From: Candidatus Doudnabacteria bacterium
GTDB lineage: Bacteria; Patescibacteriota; Doudnabacteria; UBA920; O2-02-FULL-48-8
Length of the DNA stretch: 64,000 bases
Assembly: GCA_019659055.1 (NCBI GenBank)
Contig: JAIFWV010000003.1
Location: 14,706 to 78,705, forward strand
Reading direction: 5' to 3'
Part shown: positions 17,056-26,728 of the stretch, in pieces
How the letters are laid out: the number at the start of each line of letters is the position of its first letter
Numbering within the stretch: the first letter of the stretch is position 1
Program-made: the position numbers and the translations under genes
The notes under the pieces: model-generated
Seen by the model: only the letters and a program-made list of their open reading frames with translations
Told to the model about the DNA's origin: nothing
Database searches by the model: none

Positions 17056-17796
17056 TTATTTCACGGTTTGCCAGAGAAGATGGAACAAAGCCCTAAATGA
17101 ATTTGCGACCTGTTCGTGAGTTATAATCACTCCCGATAACTTACCTTTGAAAGCCGTAATCGAGACATTGTTTCCATAAATCGCAACGTCGCAATCAAAA
17201 GGCAACGCCTTGGGATTTACGTGCTTTGTCTCCCGCAACAATTTGGGATCGGATTTTAGAAAATGCCCCTTCTTGCTGGTGTATATCATTTTGGACTTGA
17301 TTTTGAGCTTCACTCGGCGCGGGGTATGAGTTTCCGGATGTGTTGGTATGAGATCTATAACTGCGTCAGCGTTAACAATCGATAAGACTTCTTTGGGTTT
17401 GGATTTGATAAATACATCTTGCATCGTGAGCACTCCGTCGCGGCCTTCAAAGTATCTAACCACCGGTTTGTCGTCTCCCAGGCTAAACATGGTCTGCAAT
17501 CCGGGAAGAATACCCGACAATTCCGATTTTTTTTGTTCGAGCAGTTTTGATTCTTTATCCATGAGGATCTCAAGCTGATCTGGCGATTCAGCGACTGCGA
17601 GTTCCTTACCCGATTTATTCTGCGTGGAAACCAGCCCGAGCTTCTTTAACGACTCCAGCTGAAAATATGCGGTGGGGCGATTGATCCCCGCTTTTTTGGC
17701 TATCTCCGCGACCGGGGCAGGCCCAAGCTCCAACATGGCCACATAAACTTTGGCTTCGTTCTCCGTAAGCCCAATATTTTTGAGTTGATTGATCAT
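17056..17796 (-). CDS. TrmB-family transcriptional regulator
   Basis: GLTENEAKVYVAMLELG..IAKKAGINRPTAY; VRYFEG; C-terminal effector domain. Confidence 0.9.
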   Translation of the reverse strand: MINQLKNIGLTENEAKVYVAMLELGPAPVAEIAKKAGINRPTAYFQLESLKKLGLVSTQNKSGKELAVAESPDQLEILMDKESKLLEQKKSELSGILPGLQTMFSLGDDKPVVRYFEGRDGVLTMQDVFIKSKPKEVLSIVNADAVIDLIPTHPETHTPRRVKLKIKSKMIYTSKKGHFLKSDPKLLRETKHVNPKALPFDCDVAIYGNNVSITAFKGKLSGVIITHEQVANSFRALFHLLWQTVK

Positions 17797-17880
17797 GAAA
17801 TAATCTTAGCATTTTTTGTATTTGCTAGCAATTTATGGTATAATCTGGCAGTGTTAAGAACGTAAAGTGAAAAGTAAAAA

Positions 17881-18246
17881 ATGCAAAACAGTAGTAATTC
17901 AAAAAGCGTATTGAAAGACAGATCTTATCAATTTGCGCTAGAAACGATCAGATTTATCAGAACTCTTGATCAGGAAGACTTCGGAATACAGATAATCTCT
18001 AAACAGTTATTCCGATGTGCCACAAGCATTGGCGCCAATGTCACCGAAGCTCAATCGGGCAGTACCAAAAAGGATTTTGCCAATTTTTTTAACTATGCAT
18101 TAAAGTCAGCAAACGAAACTCGTTATTGGCTAACTCTCTTGAAAGACCTGGGGGAAAATTCAAAAATAAATAAACTTATAGAAGAAAACAAAGAGATATC
18201 AAATATGCTCGCCGCGAGTATCATTACGCTCAAAGCACGAGCATAG
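17881..18246 (+). CDS. Four-helix-bundle (23S rRNA IVS-type) protein
   Basis: QLFRCATSIGANVTEAQ..ALKSANETRYWL. Confidence 0.9.
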   Translation: MQNSSNSKSVLKDRSYQFALETIRFIRTLDQEDFGIQIISKQLFRCATSIGANVTEAQSGSTKKDFANFFNYALKSANETRYWLTLLKDLGENSKINKLIEENKEISNMLAASIITLKARA

Positions 18247-18277
18247 TTTTTTATTTTTTATTTTAAATTTTACACTT

Positions 18278-19699
18278 ATGGATAGAACTTACATCAAAGA
18301 CACGGTTGAGAAGACGGGAGAAACAGTGAAACTCAAAGGATGGGTGGCGGTGCGCCGCGACCACGGCAAGCTTATCTTTCTGGATTTGCGAGACAGGACA
18401 GGACTCATACAGTTGGTAATCAACCCAAAAGTTTCAGCAGACGCACACCTTGTCGCCACAGACATCCGCAGTGAATATGTTGTCGAAGTCGAGGGTAAGA
18501 TAAATCCTCGAATGGAAAACCAAATCAACAAAGACTTGCCCACTGGCATGATTGAACTCGAAGTCACTAAACTGGCTGTTCTAAACAAATCCGAACCCGT
18601 GCCTTTGAGTTTGGATACGGATGGCAAAGAAATTGGCGAAGACGTGCGTATGAAATATCGCTACCTGGATCTGCGCCGCGAACGCATGGCCAGGAATCTT
18701 GCCAATCGCCACCGGATTACCAAATTCATCCGCGACTTTCTCGATGCGGAAGGATTTATAGAAGTCGAAACCCCGATCCTTTCCAAATCCACTCCCGAAG
18801 GCGCGCGCGATTACCTCGTACCCTCGAGACTCCTGCCCGGAAGTTTCTACGCCCTGCCGCAATCACCCCAGCAGTACAAACAATTGCTCATGGTCGCAGG
18901 ACTCGAGAAATATTTCCAAATCGCTCGCTGTTTCCGCGATGAAGATACCAGAGGCGACCGACAACCAGAATTTACCCAGCTCGATTTGGAGATGAGTTTT
19001 GTAGAGCGTGAGGACGTTATGGCGCTCAATGAAAAACTGCTCATTGACATCGTCACTAAACTTTTTCCGGAAAAGAAAATTCAAGGAACTCCGTTTCCGC
19101 GTATGTCCTACCAAGAAGCCATGGACAAATACGGCACCGACCGGCCAGATCTGCGGGAAAACAAAGACGATCCGAATCTACTGGCTTTCTGCTGGGTTAT
19201 CGACTTCCCGTTTTTCGAAAAAACTGACGATCCGCCAGCTGGCGGAGGTTGGACATTCACTCATAACCCTTTCTCCGCACCTAAGACCGAATTCATGGAT
19301 GATCTGCTGAATCAAACCAATATCGAAGGCATCCTCACGACCCAATATGATGTCGTACTGAACGGATTTGAAATCGGCGGCGGCAGTATCCGCAACCACC
19401 GGCCGGAGGCACTCAAAGCTGTGTTTAAAATCATGGGATTTGAGGACGAGCGGATAGAGAAAAACTTCGGCCACATGCTTGAGGCATTATCTTACGGCGC
19501 CCCGCCGCACGGTGGTATTGCCTGGGGACTCGACCGCTTGGTGACCATAATCCAGAACGAACCCAATATCCGCGAAGTTATCGCTTTCCCTAAGACGGGA
19601 GATGGCCGCGATGTTATGATGGACGGCCCTGCACCGGCAACCGATAAACAATTAAAAGAACTGCACCTCAAGATCGATGCAGTCAAGGAGAAAAAGTAA
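18278..19699 (+). CDS. aspS: Aspartate-tRNA ligase (short, no GAD domain; probably non-discriminating)
   Basis: RRDHGKLIFLDLRD, YRYLDLRR, ALPQSPQ, CFRDED, PPHGGIAWGLDR. Confidence 0.97.
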   Translation: MDRTYIKDTVEKTGETVKLKGWVAVRRDHGKLIFLDLRDRTGLIQLVINPKVSADAHLVATDIRSEYVVEVEGKINPRMENQINKDLPTGMIELEVTKLAVLNKSEPVPLSLDTDGKEIGEDVRMKYRYLDLRRERMARNLANRHRITKFIRDFLDAEGFIEVETPILSKSTPEGARDYLVPSRLLPGSFYALPQSPQQYKQLLMVAGLEKYFQIARCFRDEDTRGDRQPEFTQLDLEMSFVEREDVMALNEKLLIDIVTKLFPEKKIQGTPFPRMSYQEAMDKYGTDRPDLRENKDDPNLLAFCWVIDFPFFEKTDDPPAGGGWTFTHNPFSAPKTEFMDDLLNQTNIEGILTTQYDVVLNGFEIGGGSIRNHRPEALKAVFKIMGFEDERIEKNFGHMLEALSYGAPPHGGIAWGLDRLVTIIQNEPNIREVIAFPKTGDGRDVMMDGPAPATDKQLKELHLKIDAVKEKK

Positions 19700-19908
19700 T
19701 GAACGATAAGGATTACAAATTTCGCAAAAATTATCGATTGTTATCAATAATTTTAAGCTGCGGCGTTCTTGTATTTGGTGCCGGCGCGATATTTACAGGA
19801 TACAAACCAACAACAACTCAATATTTGGCTTACGCATTCTTTATATTTCATCTAATCTACGCCATAATGAATAAACCAGTTCCACCTCCAACAACCCCTC
19901 ATATTTAA
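19699..19908 (+). CDS. Small 2-TM membrane protein
   Basis: TAATG coupling to aspS; two hydrophobic segments. Confidence 0.6.
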   Translation: MNDKDYKFRKNYRLLSIILSCGVLVFGAGAIFTGYKPTTTQYLAYAFFIFHLIYAIMNKPVPPPTTPHI

Positions 19909-19925
19909 TATACGCAACTTAGCAA

Positions 19926-19980
19926 AGAGATCGCCACGCGCCTACCAGCCTTGAGCTTGAATAAACGGCGCTCGCGATGG
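19926..19980. repeat. Half copy of palindromic repeat family 1
   Basis: GAGATCGCCACGCG..CGCTCGCGATGG, as at 62127 and 63457. Confidence 0.8.
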
Positions 19981-19989
19981 TTATAGATT

Positions 19990-20454
19990 ATGGCAATATC
20001 AAAACAATTAGAAAAACTGCTGACACAAAACAAGGTTAAACACGAGGTCGTGGAGCATCGCAAAGTCTTCACGGCTTTTGATTCGGCAGAAACCCAGGAT
20101 CTCAAACTCACGGAAGTTGCGAAAGCAGTTTTGCTCAAGGGCCGCAAGAATCTCTATTTAGCAGTTTTGCCGGCCGGCAATAACTGTGACTTCAAAGCGC
20201 TTTCGAAACTGTCCGGCGATAACCTTGCCATGGCCAAAGAAAAGGATATCAAAGCCAAGCTCAAAACGAAAATTGGGCTCATCCCGCCGTTTGGGTCGCT
20301 TTTTAAATTGCCGCTTTTCATAGACAAGAAACTGCTCAAGAATAAAAAACTAAACCTCCCGGCCGGATCCTACACCGAGTCAGTGATCATGAATACCAAA
20401 GATTATATAAAATTAGAGAGTCCCGTGCCCGGAAATTTCGCTATTAAAAAATAG
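19990..20454 (+). CDS. YbaK/EbsC family aminoacyl-tRNA editing protein
   Basis: VAKAVLLK, GLIPPFG. Confidence 0.85.
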   Translation: MAISKQLEKLLTQNKVKHEVVEHRKVFTAFDSAETQDLKLTEVAKAVLLKGRKNLYLAVLPAGNNCDFKALSKLSGDNLAMAKEKDIKAKLKTKIGLIPPFGSLFKLPLFIDKKLLKNKKLNLPAGSYTESVIMNTKDYIKLESPVPGNFAIKK

Positions 20455-20529
20455 GGTGAAGGGGGAAGAGCGAAGGGAAAACATTGTAGCCCTTTGTAGT
20501 TCCCTTCCCCCTTTGTAGTTCCCTCCCTT

Positions 20530-21279
20530 ATGCGTGTACAAATAAACCAATTTGAAGGGCCACTGGATTTACTCCTTCAGCTTATAGAAGACCAGCAGAT
20601 GGATATCACGGCATTATCACTCGGCCATGTGACTGAGCAATTTTTGGAATATGTCAGGAACCTGCAGGAAAAAAACCCTATCAACATCGCTGACTTCCTC
20701 ATCATTGCCGCCAAACTGCTCGTCATAAAATCCAAAGCCCTGCTCCCCAATCTCGAATTTGGGATCGAAGAAGAAGAAACCGCATACGATCTCGCCCAAC
20801 AACTGCTCATTTATAAAAAATTTAAGGAAGTTGCCAAATACCTGCGCCGGCTCGATCTAAGCCGCCACCAATCCTGGGCGCACGAAGTCGATTTCACCAA
20901 CCGTGTAACTTTTGTCCCAGATCCAGACGTTACCGTGCCGATGCTGGCCGAATCGCTGGGAAGATTGGCCACCGAGCTTCGCGAGATTATCAAACTTCCG
21001 GAAAAAGTTATGGAAGAGGTGGTATCGATCTCGGAAAAAATCGCTCATATCCAAAGGCTTATCGCCGACAAAGTCGAGACCTCGCTTTCCGACTTGCTCC
21101 GCGAAGCCAAAAGCAAAACCGATATTATCGTTACCTTCTTGGCCCTGCTCGAACTCACCAAACAGCGTATAGTCTCACTTGAGCAAACTGAACACTTTGC
21201 CGATATAATAATTAAACAGAGCAATCCCATCTCGAACGAGGTGAGAGATCTCGGTGTTAGTACCGAGACTTCTCGCTAA
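20530..21279 (+). CDS. scpA: Segregation and condensation protein A
   Basis: FEGPLDLLLQLI; IVTFLALLEL; EQTEHFADI. Confidence 0.95.
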   Translation: MRVQINQFEGPLDLLLQLIEDQQMDITALSLGHVTEQFLEYVRNLQEKNPINIADFLIIAAKLLVIKSKALLPNLEFGIEEEETAYDLAQQLLIYKKFKEVAKYLRRLDLSRHQSWAHEVDFTNRVTFVPDPDVTVPMLAESLGRLATELREIIKLPEKVMEEVVSISEKIAHIQRLIADKVETSLSDLLREAKSKTDIIVTFLALLELTKQRIVSLEQTEHFADIIIKQSNPISNEVRDLGVSTETSR

Positions 21280-21292
21280 TCGCTCGAAGTGG
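21227..21292. repeat. Palindromic repeat family 2, overlapping the scpA 3' end
   Basis: CCATCTCGA..GAGAGATC..TTCTCGCT..CTCGAAGTGG. Confidence 0.75.
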
Positions 21293-21299
21293 TTACCTT

Positions 21300-21863
21300 A
21301 TGGACCTCTCTAAATTAAAATCAATAATTCTTTCTATCCTCTTTGTGGCTTCCAAACCGGTGAGCATCCGGGAACTTTTTGAAACCCTCAACATCGAAGA
21401 GAGCGAGATCAAAGAAGCGATCGCAAGCCTCGTCGCCGACAACGCGCACTCAGGCATAGTGGTGCTCGCCCACAACGACAAACTCCAGCTGTCGTCGAAT
21501 CCAGATAATAGTTTCGAAGTCAAGAAATTCTTATCTCTGGAATTGCGTGAGAAACTTTCCGACGCGGCCATAGAAACCCTGGCTATAATTTTGTATAAAC
21601 AGCCCGTCTCCAAAGCCGAAATCGAAAACATCCGCGGCGTAAATTCCCAATACACTCTCCGTCAGCTCCTCATCCGCGGGCTCATAGAGAAAGCCTCATC
21701 ATCCAATGACAAGCGGGTTCAGAATTACAAAACCACTCTCGAGTTCATGCAGCATATGGGAATCAAGGATGTAAATGATCTGCCAAGCTTTGAGGAGCTG
21801 ACCAAACACATCCAGCTCCCCGGCTCCGAAACAAACCTCGAATCACAAAAAAAACAAGAGTAA
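21300..21863 (+). CDS. scpB: Segregation and condensation protein B
   Basis: LSDAAIETLAIILYKQPVSKAEIENIRGVNS. Confidence 0.95.
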   Translation: MDLSKLKSIILSILFVASKPVSIRELFETLNIEESEIKEAIASLVADNAHSGIVVLAHNDKLQLSSNPDNSFEVKKFLSLELREKLSDAAIETLAIILYKQPVSKAEIENIRGVNSQYTLRQLLIRGLIEKASSSNDKRVQNYKTTLEFMQHMGIKDVNDLPSFEELTKHIQLPGSETNLESQKKQE

Positions 21864-21882
21864 ACCATTGAGGCTTACTCTT

Positions 21883-22653
21883 CTACGCCGGCCTGTATTC
21901 CAGCTCGGCTTGTCGCAATAATTCCTCCTGTTCCCTTTGTACAAACTTCGGCAAGATCTGGATGAACGTCTCCACTATGGATGGATCAAACGAATCACCC
22001 GCATGCTTCCGGAGCTCAGCACAACTTTCTTCGACAGACATAAAGCCTGTCTTATAATGCCGTTTCCGGACCATGCTGTCGAACGAATCAGCGACATGGA
22101 TAATCCGTCCGATGCGAGGGATGTTTTTTCCCTGCAAAAATTTCGGCCCGCTCTCCTGGTAGAGCAACGACGTGGAAATCTCGTTGAGCCAACCGCCGCC
22201 ATAATGAATGTGGTGCGTGAGGTGACCGGTGATGATAAGCCTGAGCTTCCGAGGCTCGTAGTTGTCGCCGTAAATTCGCCGGGCTTTGAGCGCCCCAAGA
22301 TAGCTATGCTTATCTGCTTGGGCCTTTTCCTCAGGCGTGAGTTTGCGCATGAGTCTGAACAAATGCGCAATCTCTGGATCGAATTTCCCGAGGTCGTGGA
22401 GGTACGCCGCAACCCCGTAATCCACTGCCTGGTCCATGGGACGGCCCAGGGCAATTGCTGTCAGGGTTGTAAGCAATGCAACTCTCCAGCAATGTGCCCC
22501 CCATTCCTTCAACTTACTACGGTCATCAGAGACCACCGAACCCAACTTCCTAAACAACGCCTTTTCCACGGGGTTGTTTAGGTCAAACGGAACATAAACA
22601 TCCTCGTGCAAGCCGCCCTCCTTTATCTTTTGACTGCCGGAACCTGATTTCAT
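21883..22653 (-). CDS. HD-GYP-like phosphohydrolase
   Basis: H..RVA, LHDLGK, HH, IPRIGRIIHVADSFDSM, FDP; the GYP loop is diverged. Confidence 0.85.
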   Translation of the reverse strand: MKSGSGSQKIKEGGLHEDVYVPFDLNNPVEKALFRKLGSVVSDDRSKLKEWGAHCWRVALLTTLTAIALGRPMDQAVDYGVAAYLHDLGKFDPEIAHLFRLMRKLTPEEKAQADKHSYLGALKARRIYGDNYEPRKLRLIITGHLTHHIHYGGGWLNEISTSLLYQESGPKFLQGKNIPRIGRIIHVADSFDSMVRKRHYKTGFMSVEESCAELRKHAGDSFDPSIVETFIQILPKFVQREQEELLRQAELEYRPA

Positions 22654-22748
22654 ATTAAGACCAGATCCTGATCTTCAAAAGCAAAAATTAGCACAAACGA
22701 AAAAGAGGGTTACTCAAATAATTGCCCTCTCTTCCTCACGAAAATTAA

Positions 22749-22928
22749 TTAAACGGCGTATTGTTCCTTAAGCCGAAACAGGTGAATTCTGGCGGCGTGT
22801 TCAATGGCGGCATCATGGTATTGTTTGATCGTCTGATAAATCCACTTTTCATATGAGCGCAAAGCCTTGCGGCTCGTAACCTTAGAAGCCTTCTCGGCGA
22901 TTTCGTATAGCACCAGTAAATGTGACAT
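22749..22928 (-). CDS. 59-aa hypothetical protein
   Basis: GGAGG + ATG; MSHLLVLYEIAEKASKV...LKEQYAV; manual translation. Confidence 0.45.
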   Translation of the reverse strand: MSHLLVLYEIAEKASKVTSRKALRSYEKWIYQTIKQYHDAAIEHAARIHLFRLKEQYAV

Positions 22929-23183
22929 TTTTCTTAACCTCCACCCAATTGGTCTTGATATGGCTCATGAGCGAGCCGATGCCAAACATCTGAAGCTTAT
23001 TTGTTTCAAGTTTCTTTTCGGATTTCCGAAGCTTCGCCCCCAAACGCTTGGCTAATTTTCTCGCTTCACCCACCATAAAATAATTCTCCTAAAACTATCT
23101 TATGCTCAAAGCCTCGTGTTTTAAATCGTGCGAAAGTACAAAGCACAGGTGAGTTTTGAAAGCAATTTTGTATTTATTGCTAG

Positions 23184-23247
23184 CCCATTTCGAGTGATTA
23201 GCGAGAAATCCCTCGTATGAGGGATCCCTCCCTCCGGTCGGGATGGG
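23184..23247. repeat. Palindromic repeat family 2
   Basis: CCATTTCGAGTG..AGCGAGAAATC..TCCCTCCGGTCGGGATGG. Confidence 0.8.
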
Positions 23248-23250
23248 GCT

Positions 23251-24480
23251 CTATATCTGCTTAGTTGTTGATTTCTCAAGATACAGCACTCGGTTTAAGA
23301 TAAGCGCCACTTTGAGCTCCATAGCGTCGTTGAACTTGCGCGGATCGAGGCCGGTAACCTTTTTGATCTTATCCAAGCGGTAAAGCAAAGTATTCCGGTG
23401 GATCTTGAGCTCTTTTGAGGTCTGGGTCAGACTCATGTTTTTGTCGAAAAACACTTCCACAGTCTCAAGCAGGTACTCTTCGGCCAAAAGTTTCATGAGC
23501 AGTCGGCGGACGAAATTGTCCTGCCATTTTTTGTTGCCGCCGGCAAGTGTGGCAATCATCCCCAAATCATCGATGTGGTACATGGTCCGCTGTTCGCCAA
23601 TGCTGAGTCCCAAGTTGAGGGCGCGGCGGGCCTCTTCGTAAGCAAGCGTGGCTCCGTCCTTGCCGCGGTAAAAACTGCCAATCGCGACCAGGATTTTCTT
23701 GAAGTCGGGGCCGATGTTGTCTTTGATGATTTTCTGGAAATCCTCGGACCGGGTACGGATCATCTCGACCATCTCGCGGCCGTCGATGCTATAGAGTTCA
23801 TCCACAAGCACCACAAACGTATCCGAGCCGAAATAGGCCACAGTGCATCCGGAGAGGCGGCCGAAGAATTGGCTCAAGCCGAGGAAAATTTTCTTTTTGT
23901 AGCTAGAGAGCGCAGTCTGTTTCTCATCTTCGGAGGCCGAGAGCTTGTCGCCAAAGAGCGTGGCCCAGAAATTCTCGATATTTATAATCACGACAACTTT
24001 ATCGCGATTGAGGTTGAGATCAAAGAGGTCTGCTTCTTCGCGGACCTTGCTGTCCTCCACCGCAAGCCGACGGTGGAGCAATCCAAACACAAAATTATCT
24101 TTGATCTTGTCTTTGTAAGGGAAATGGTCGACGACCATGCTCTGATGGATCAGTAGTTCCAGTGTCGTCGAGAGGATTTGCCGGTAGTACTGGTAACCCT
24201 CGCGCTTATCTTCTATAAAAAGCGCGCCTATAACTTCGTCGCCATAATTTATGGGAATTATAAACCCTTCGGCAAGGCTGGTTTTCGTCGCCGGACCCGC
24301 GGTTTCCAATTCCTTCTTTCCTTCGACCACTTCACGAAACTGATCGTAATTCTTGCCAGTTTCGGAAAGATCTGAGGAAGCCAAAACGTCTCCCCGATTA
24401 TTTGCGACTGTGATTTTCTTCTTAAGTAAAGCCGAAAGCTTGTTTACTATGTTTTCTGCGATAATTTCGCTGAGTTCCAT
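23251..24480 (-). CDS. CdaR/PucR-family transcriptional regulator
   Basis: Sugar-diacid recognition N-terminus; AYEEARRAL; IHRNTLLYRLDKIKKVTGLD. Confidence 0.9.
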   Translation of the reverse strand: MELSEIIAENIVNKLSALLKKKITVANNRGDVLASSDLSETGKNYDQFREVVEGKKELETAGPATKTSLAEGFIIPINYGDEVIGALFIEDKREGYQYYRQILSTTLELLIHQSMVVDHFPYKDKIKDNFVFGLLHRRLAVEDSKVREEADLFDLNLNRDKVVVIINIENFWATLFGDKLSASEDEKQTALSSYKKKIFLGLSQFFGRLSGCTVAYFGSDTFVVLVDELYSIDGREMVEMIRTRSEDFQKIIKDNIGPDFKKILVAIGSFYRGKDGATLAYEEARRALNLGLSIGEQRTMYHIDDLGMIATLAGGNKKWQDNFVRRLLMKLLAEEYLLETVEVFFDKNMSLTQTSKELKIHRNTLLYRLDKIKKVTGLDPRKFNDAMELKVALILNRVLYLEKSTTKQI

Positions 24481-24517
24481 ATTTATACCTTTCCCTAATG
24501 CTTATAGTATAAATATA

Positions 24518-24713
24518 CAGCACAAAATATAAAAATCAAGCCCTTTTGCTTGGTTTTGCACAATTTTTTGTATATATTGTACAAAAATAAACTAGATGTT
24601 CGTACAATTATTGTTTTTTGACGTATTTGATCTGGCGTTATTCACAATTTGCTTTGGAAAAATTTGGTCAAAGAATCAATTTTGGTTCCAAAAGCGTTTG
24701 TGCATGTGCATAA
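24518..24713. promoter_or_regulatory. Cluster of TTGT/ACAA half-sites upstream of the CdaR-like gene
   Basis: TTTTGTATATATTGTACAAAA, TTTGTGCATGTGCATAA, GCACAA, TCACAA, GTACAA. Confidence 0.45.
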
Positions 24714-24788
24714 CCAGAGAATTTCTAATTATCCTAATTTCTAATTACCAAAAGCCATTTAGAAATTAGAGCAATTAGAGTAATTAGG

Positions 24789-25784
24789 TCAATTATTCAG
24801 AAGCTCTTTTCCTGCTTCCCACATGCCCCAGTCGTTATTGGTCTTGGCCATCCAGTACCACCATTCCACTCCCCACAGGTAATGCTTGCCAACGCCAGTC
24901 TTGCGGGCAAACTCAGCATTTTGATTAAAGACCTTGGGATTCATCAAGGAGTTTTGAGTGGCAAGAGGAGTATTCAACGCCCCGTTGGTAAACCATGGCT
25001 CCATTTGCAACTCGACGTCCGAAATCTCTTTGCCATAACCCAAAGTCTGCAATATCCCGGCGCGGACTCGATAAAAAGCCGGCGGCAGGGGGTATTTGTA
25101 GTAGCCGCCATATTTTTCATCATAAGACAGGCGGTACAAAGTAAAACCAAAATTATCCGCTCCGGATTTCATAGGCCCGATCCAAGAACCCCGATCACCG
25201 CTGTCGGTAACCATAATCGGTCGGCTGTCCAGACTGCGTACGAGATCAACTTCGCGGCGCAATAAATCATGGCTGATCACCGGACACCCCGGACCAAAGC
25301 TAAAGTTCGGCTCGTTTTCCACTTGCCATTGAGTGATGGCAGTATAGGGGCGAAAATGCTCGACGCTTGTTTTGATAAAATCAAGGACTGCCTGATCCTG
25401 GGCATTTTGGTCAAGCTCTTTATACCAGCCGGGTTCGTGGCATTCCGGCCAGCGCGGTTGTTTGCGGCCCACCACCAGAAGCACGTTTACATTTTGCTTC
25501 TGAGCTTCGGCCACGAGCTGATCAGTAATACTAAAATCATAATTACCTCTCTCCCGCTCGATATCGTCCCAATACGTCATCAGGCGCAAGTTCTTGGGCT
25601 TAAGATCTGCGAGAATATCCAGGTACATAGTTTTCCAGTCAAACCCCAAGCCCCGCGCCTCTCGGTAAGAGAAAGTGAGGCCCCATTCAGGCTTGCTTGC
25701 CGGTTTAAACCGGAAATAGAAAAACAAGATCAAGGCTAAGCCTAAGATCAAAATAATCCCAATAATTTTCCAGAATTTTTTCAT
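24789..25784 (-). CDS. Membrane-anchored clan GH-A glycoside hydrolase
   Basis: WQVENEP, ELQMEPW, LWGVEWW. Confidence 0.8.
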   Translation of the reverse strand: MKKFWKIIGIILILGLALILFFYFRFKPASKPEWGLTFSYREARGLGFDWKTMYLDILADLKPKNLRLMTYWDDIERERGNYDFSITDQLVAEAQKQNVNVLLVVGRKQPRWPECHEPGWYKELDQNAQDQAVLDFIKTSVEHFRPYTAITQWQVENEPNFSFGPGCPVISHDLLRREVDLVRSLDSRPIMVTDSGDRGSWIGPMKSGADNFGFTLYRLSYDEKYGGYYKYPLPPAFYRVRAGILQTLGYGKEISDVELQMEPWFTNGALNTPLATQNSLMNPKVFNQNAEFARKTGVGKHYLWGVEWWYWMAKTNNDWGMWEAGKELLNN

Positions 25785-26728
25785 TTGGTTATAAGAAACA
25801 GTCCAATCGATATAAATACAATGGCGGAAAGCTTGAGGGCAATAGTTTCCAAATTAATCCGTTCCTTGAGGACTCGAGGATAGTAGAGCGAAAACCAAGT
25901 GGTGAGCGCCAGCAGGAACACAAATTGCATTCCTTGGAGGGCGTTGACGACTGAGACACTGCCCAAGAACACTGCGTACTTTTGTAGAAACCCTCCAGTC
26001 GTGCCAAACCCGCGCGAAGTATAGTAAAGTGCGACATTGCGTACGCCCGCCTCCTTGGGAGCGCTAAAGATCTTGGTTCGGTTTTGTTTGAAGGCCAAAA
26101 TGGGCAGAACCGGCAGGAGAAATCCAAGCGAAGGCCAGACTAAGCCCGTAATAAAGCTCGCCGAAATATGAAACGGAAAAAGCGATCGGATGACCATGCT
26201 TCCGGCATCATTACTGTGAACAAAAGTGTATTTAGTGAAAACCGAAGTCGTGGCAAAAAATAAAGCCGAAAGTGCCGCGTGGAAAAGAGCCTCGTTCTTC
26301 CAGCCCTGATCCTCTTTGCGGAATGAGATCATCACTGCCCCGAGCACTAGAAACAAAAACCCGGAAGTCTGGGTGATAGTCAGCCGTTCCCCCAAGACGA
26401 GGTAAGCCAAGATAAACGAGAACATCGGGACCAGGCCGCCTTGGATTGGGACCACGCGGGAGACGCTGGTTTTGCCAATTGCCGAATACGAAAAATAAAT
26501 TCCTACGATCATGCTGGCGCCGGCGGCCAGGGCTATGAGAAACGTGGGAAGATTGGGCACTACTCCGCCGAACAAAAGCAAGACGAGCGAGAATGGTCCG
26601 GTGATAGCCGTGTAGAAGGCATAAGCCACGGGAGCGCGGACAACTTTTGATACTAAAAACTTGTCAGTGACACCGGTCACTGCCAGGAATAAATAACCCA
26701 ATAGCGCTACTAAAATCCAGGTTGGCAT
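25781..26728 (-). CDS. EamA/DMT family transporter
   Basis: About 10 TM in two repeats; LAYLVLGERL. Confidence 0.8.
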   Translation of the reverse strand: MPTWILVALLGYLFLAVTGVTDKFLVSKVVRAPVAYAFYTAITGPFSLVLLLFGGVVPNLPTFLIALAAGASMIVGIYFSYSAIGKTSVSRVVPIQGGLVPMFSFILAYLVLGERLTITQTSGFLFLVLGAVMISFRKEDQGWKNEALFHAALSALFFATTSVFTKYTFVHSNDAGSMVIRSLFPFHISASFITGLVWPSLGFLLPVLPILAFKQNRTKIFSAPKEAGVRNVALYYTSRGFGTTGGFLQKYAVFLGSVSVVNALQGMQFVFLLALTTWFSLYYPRVLKERINLETIALKLSAIVFISIGLFLITK

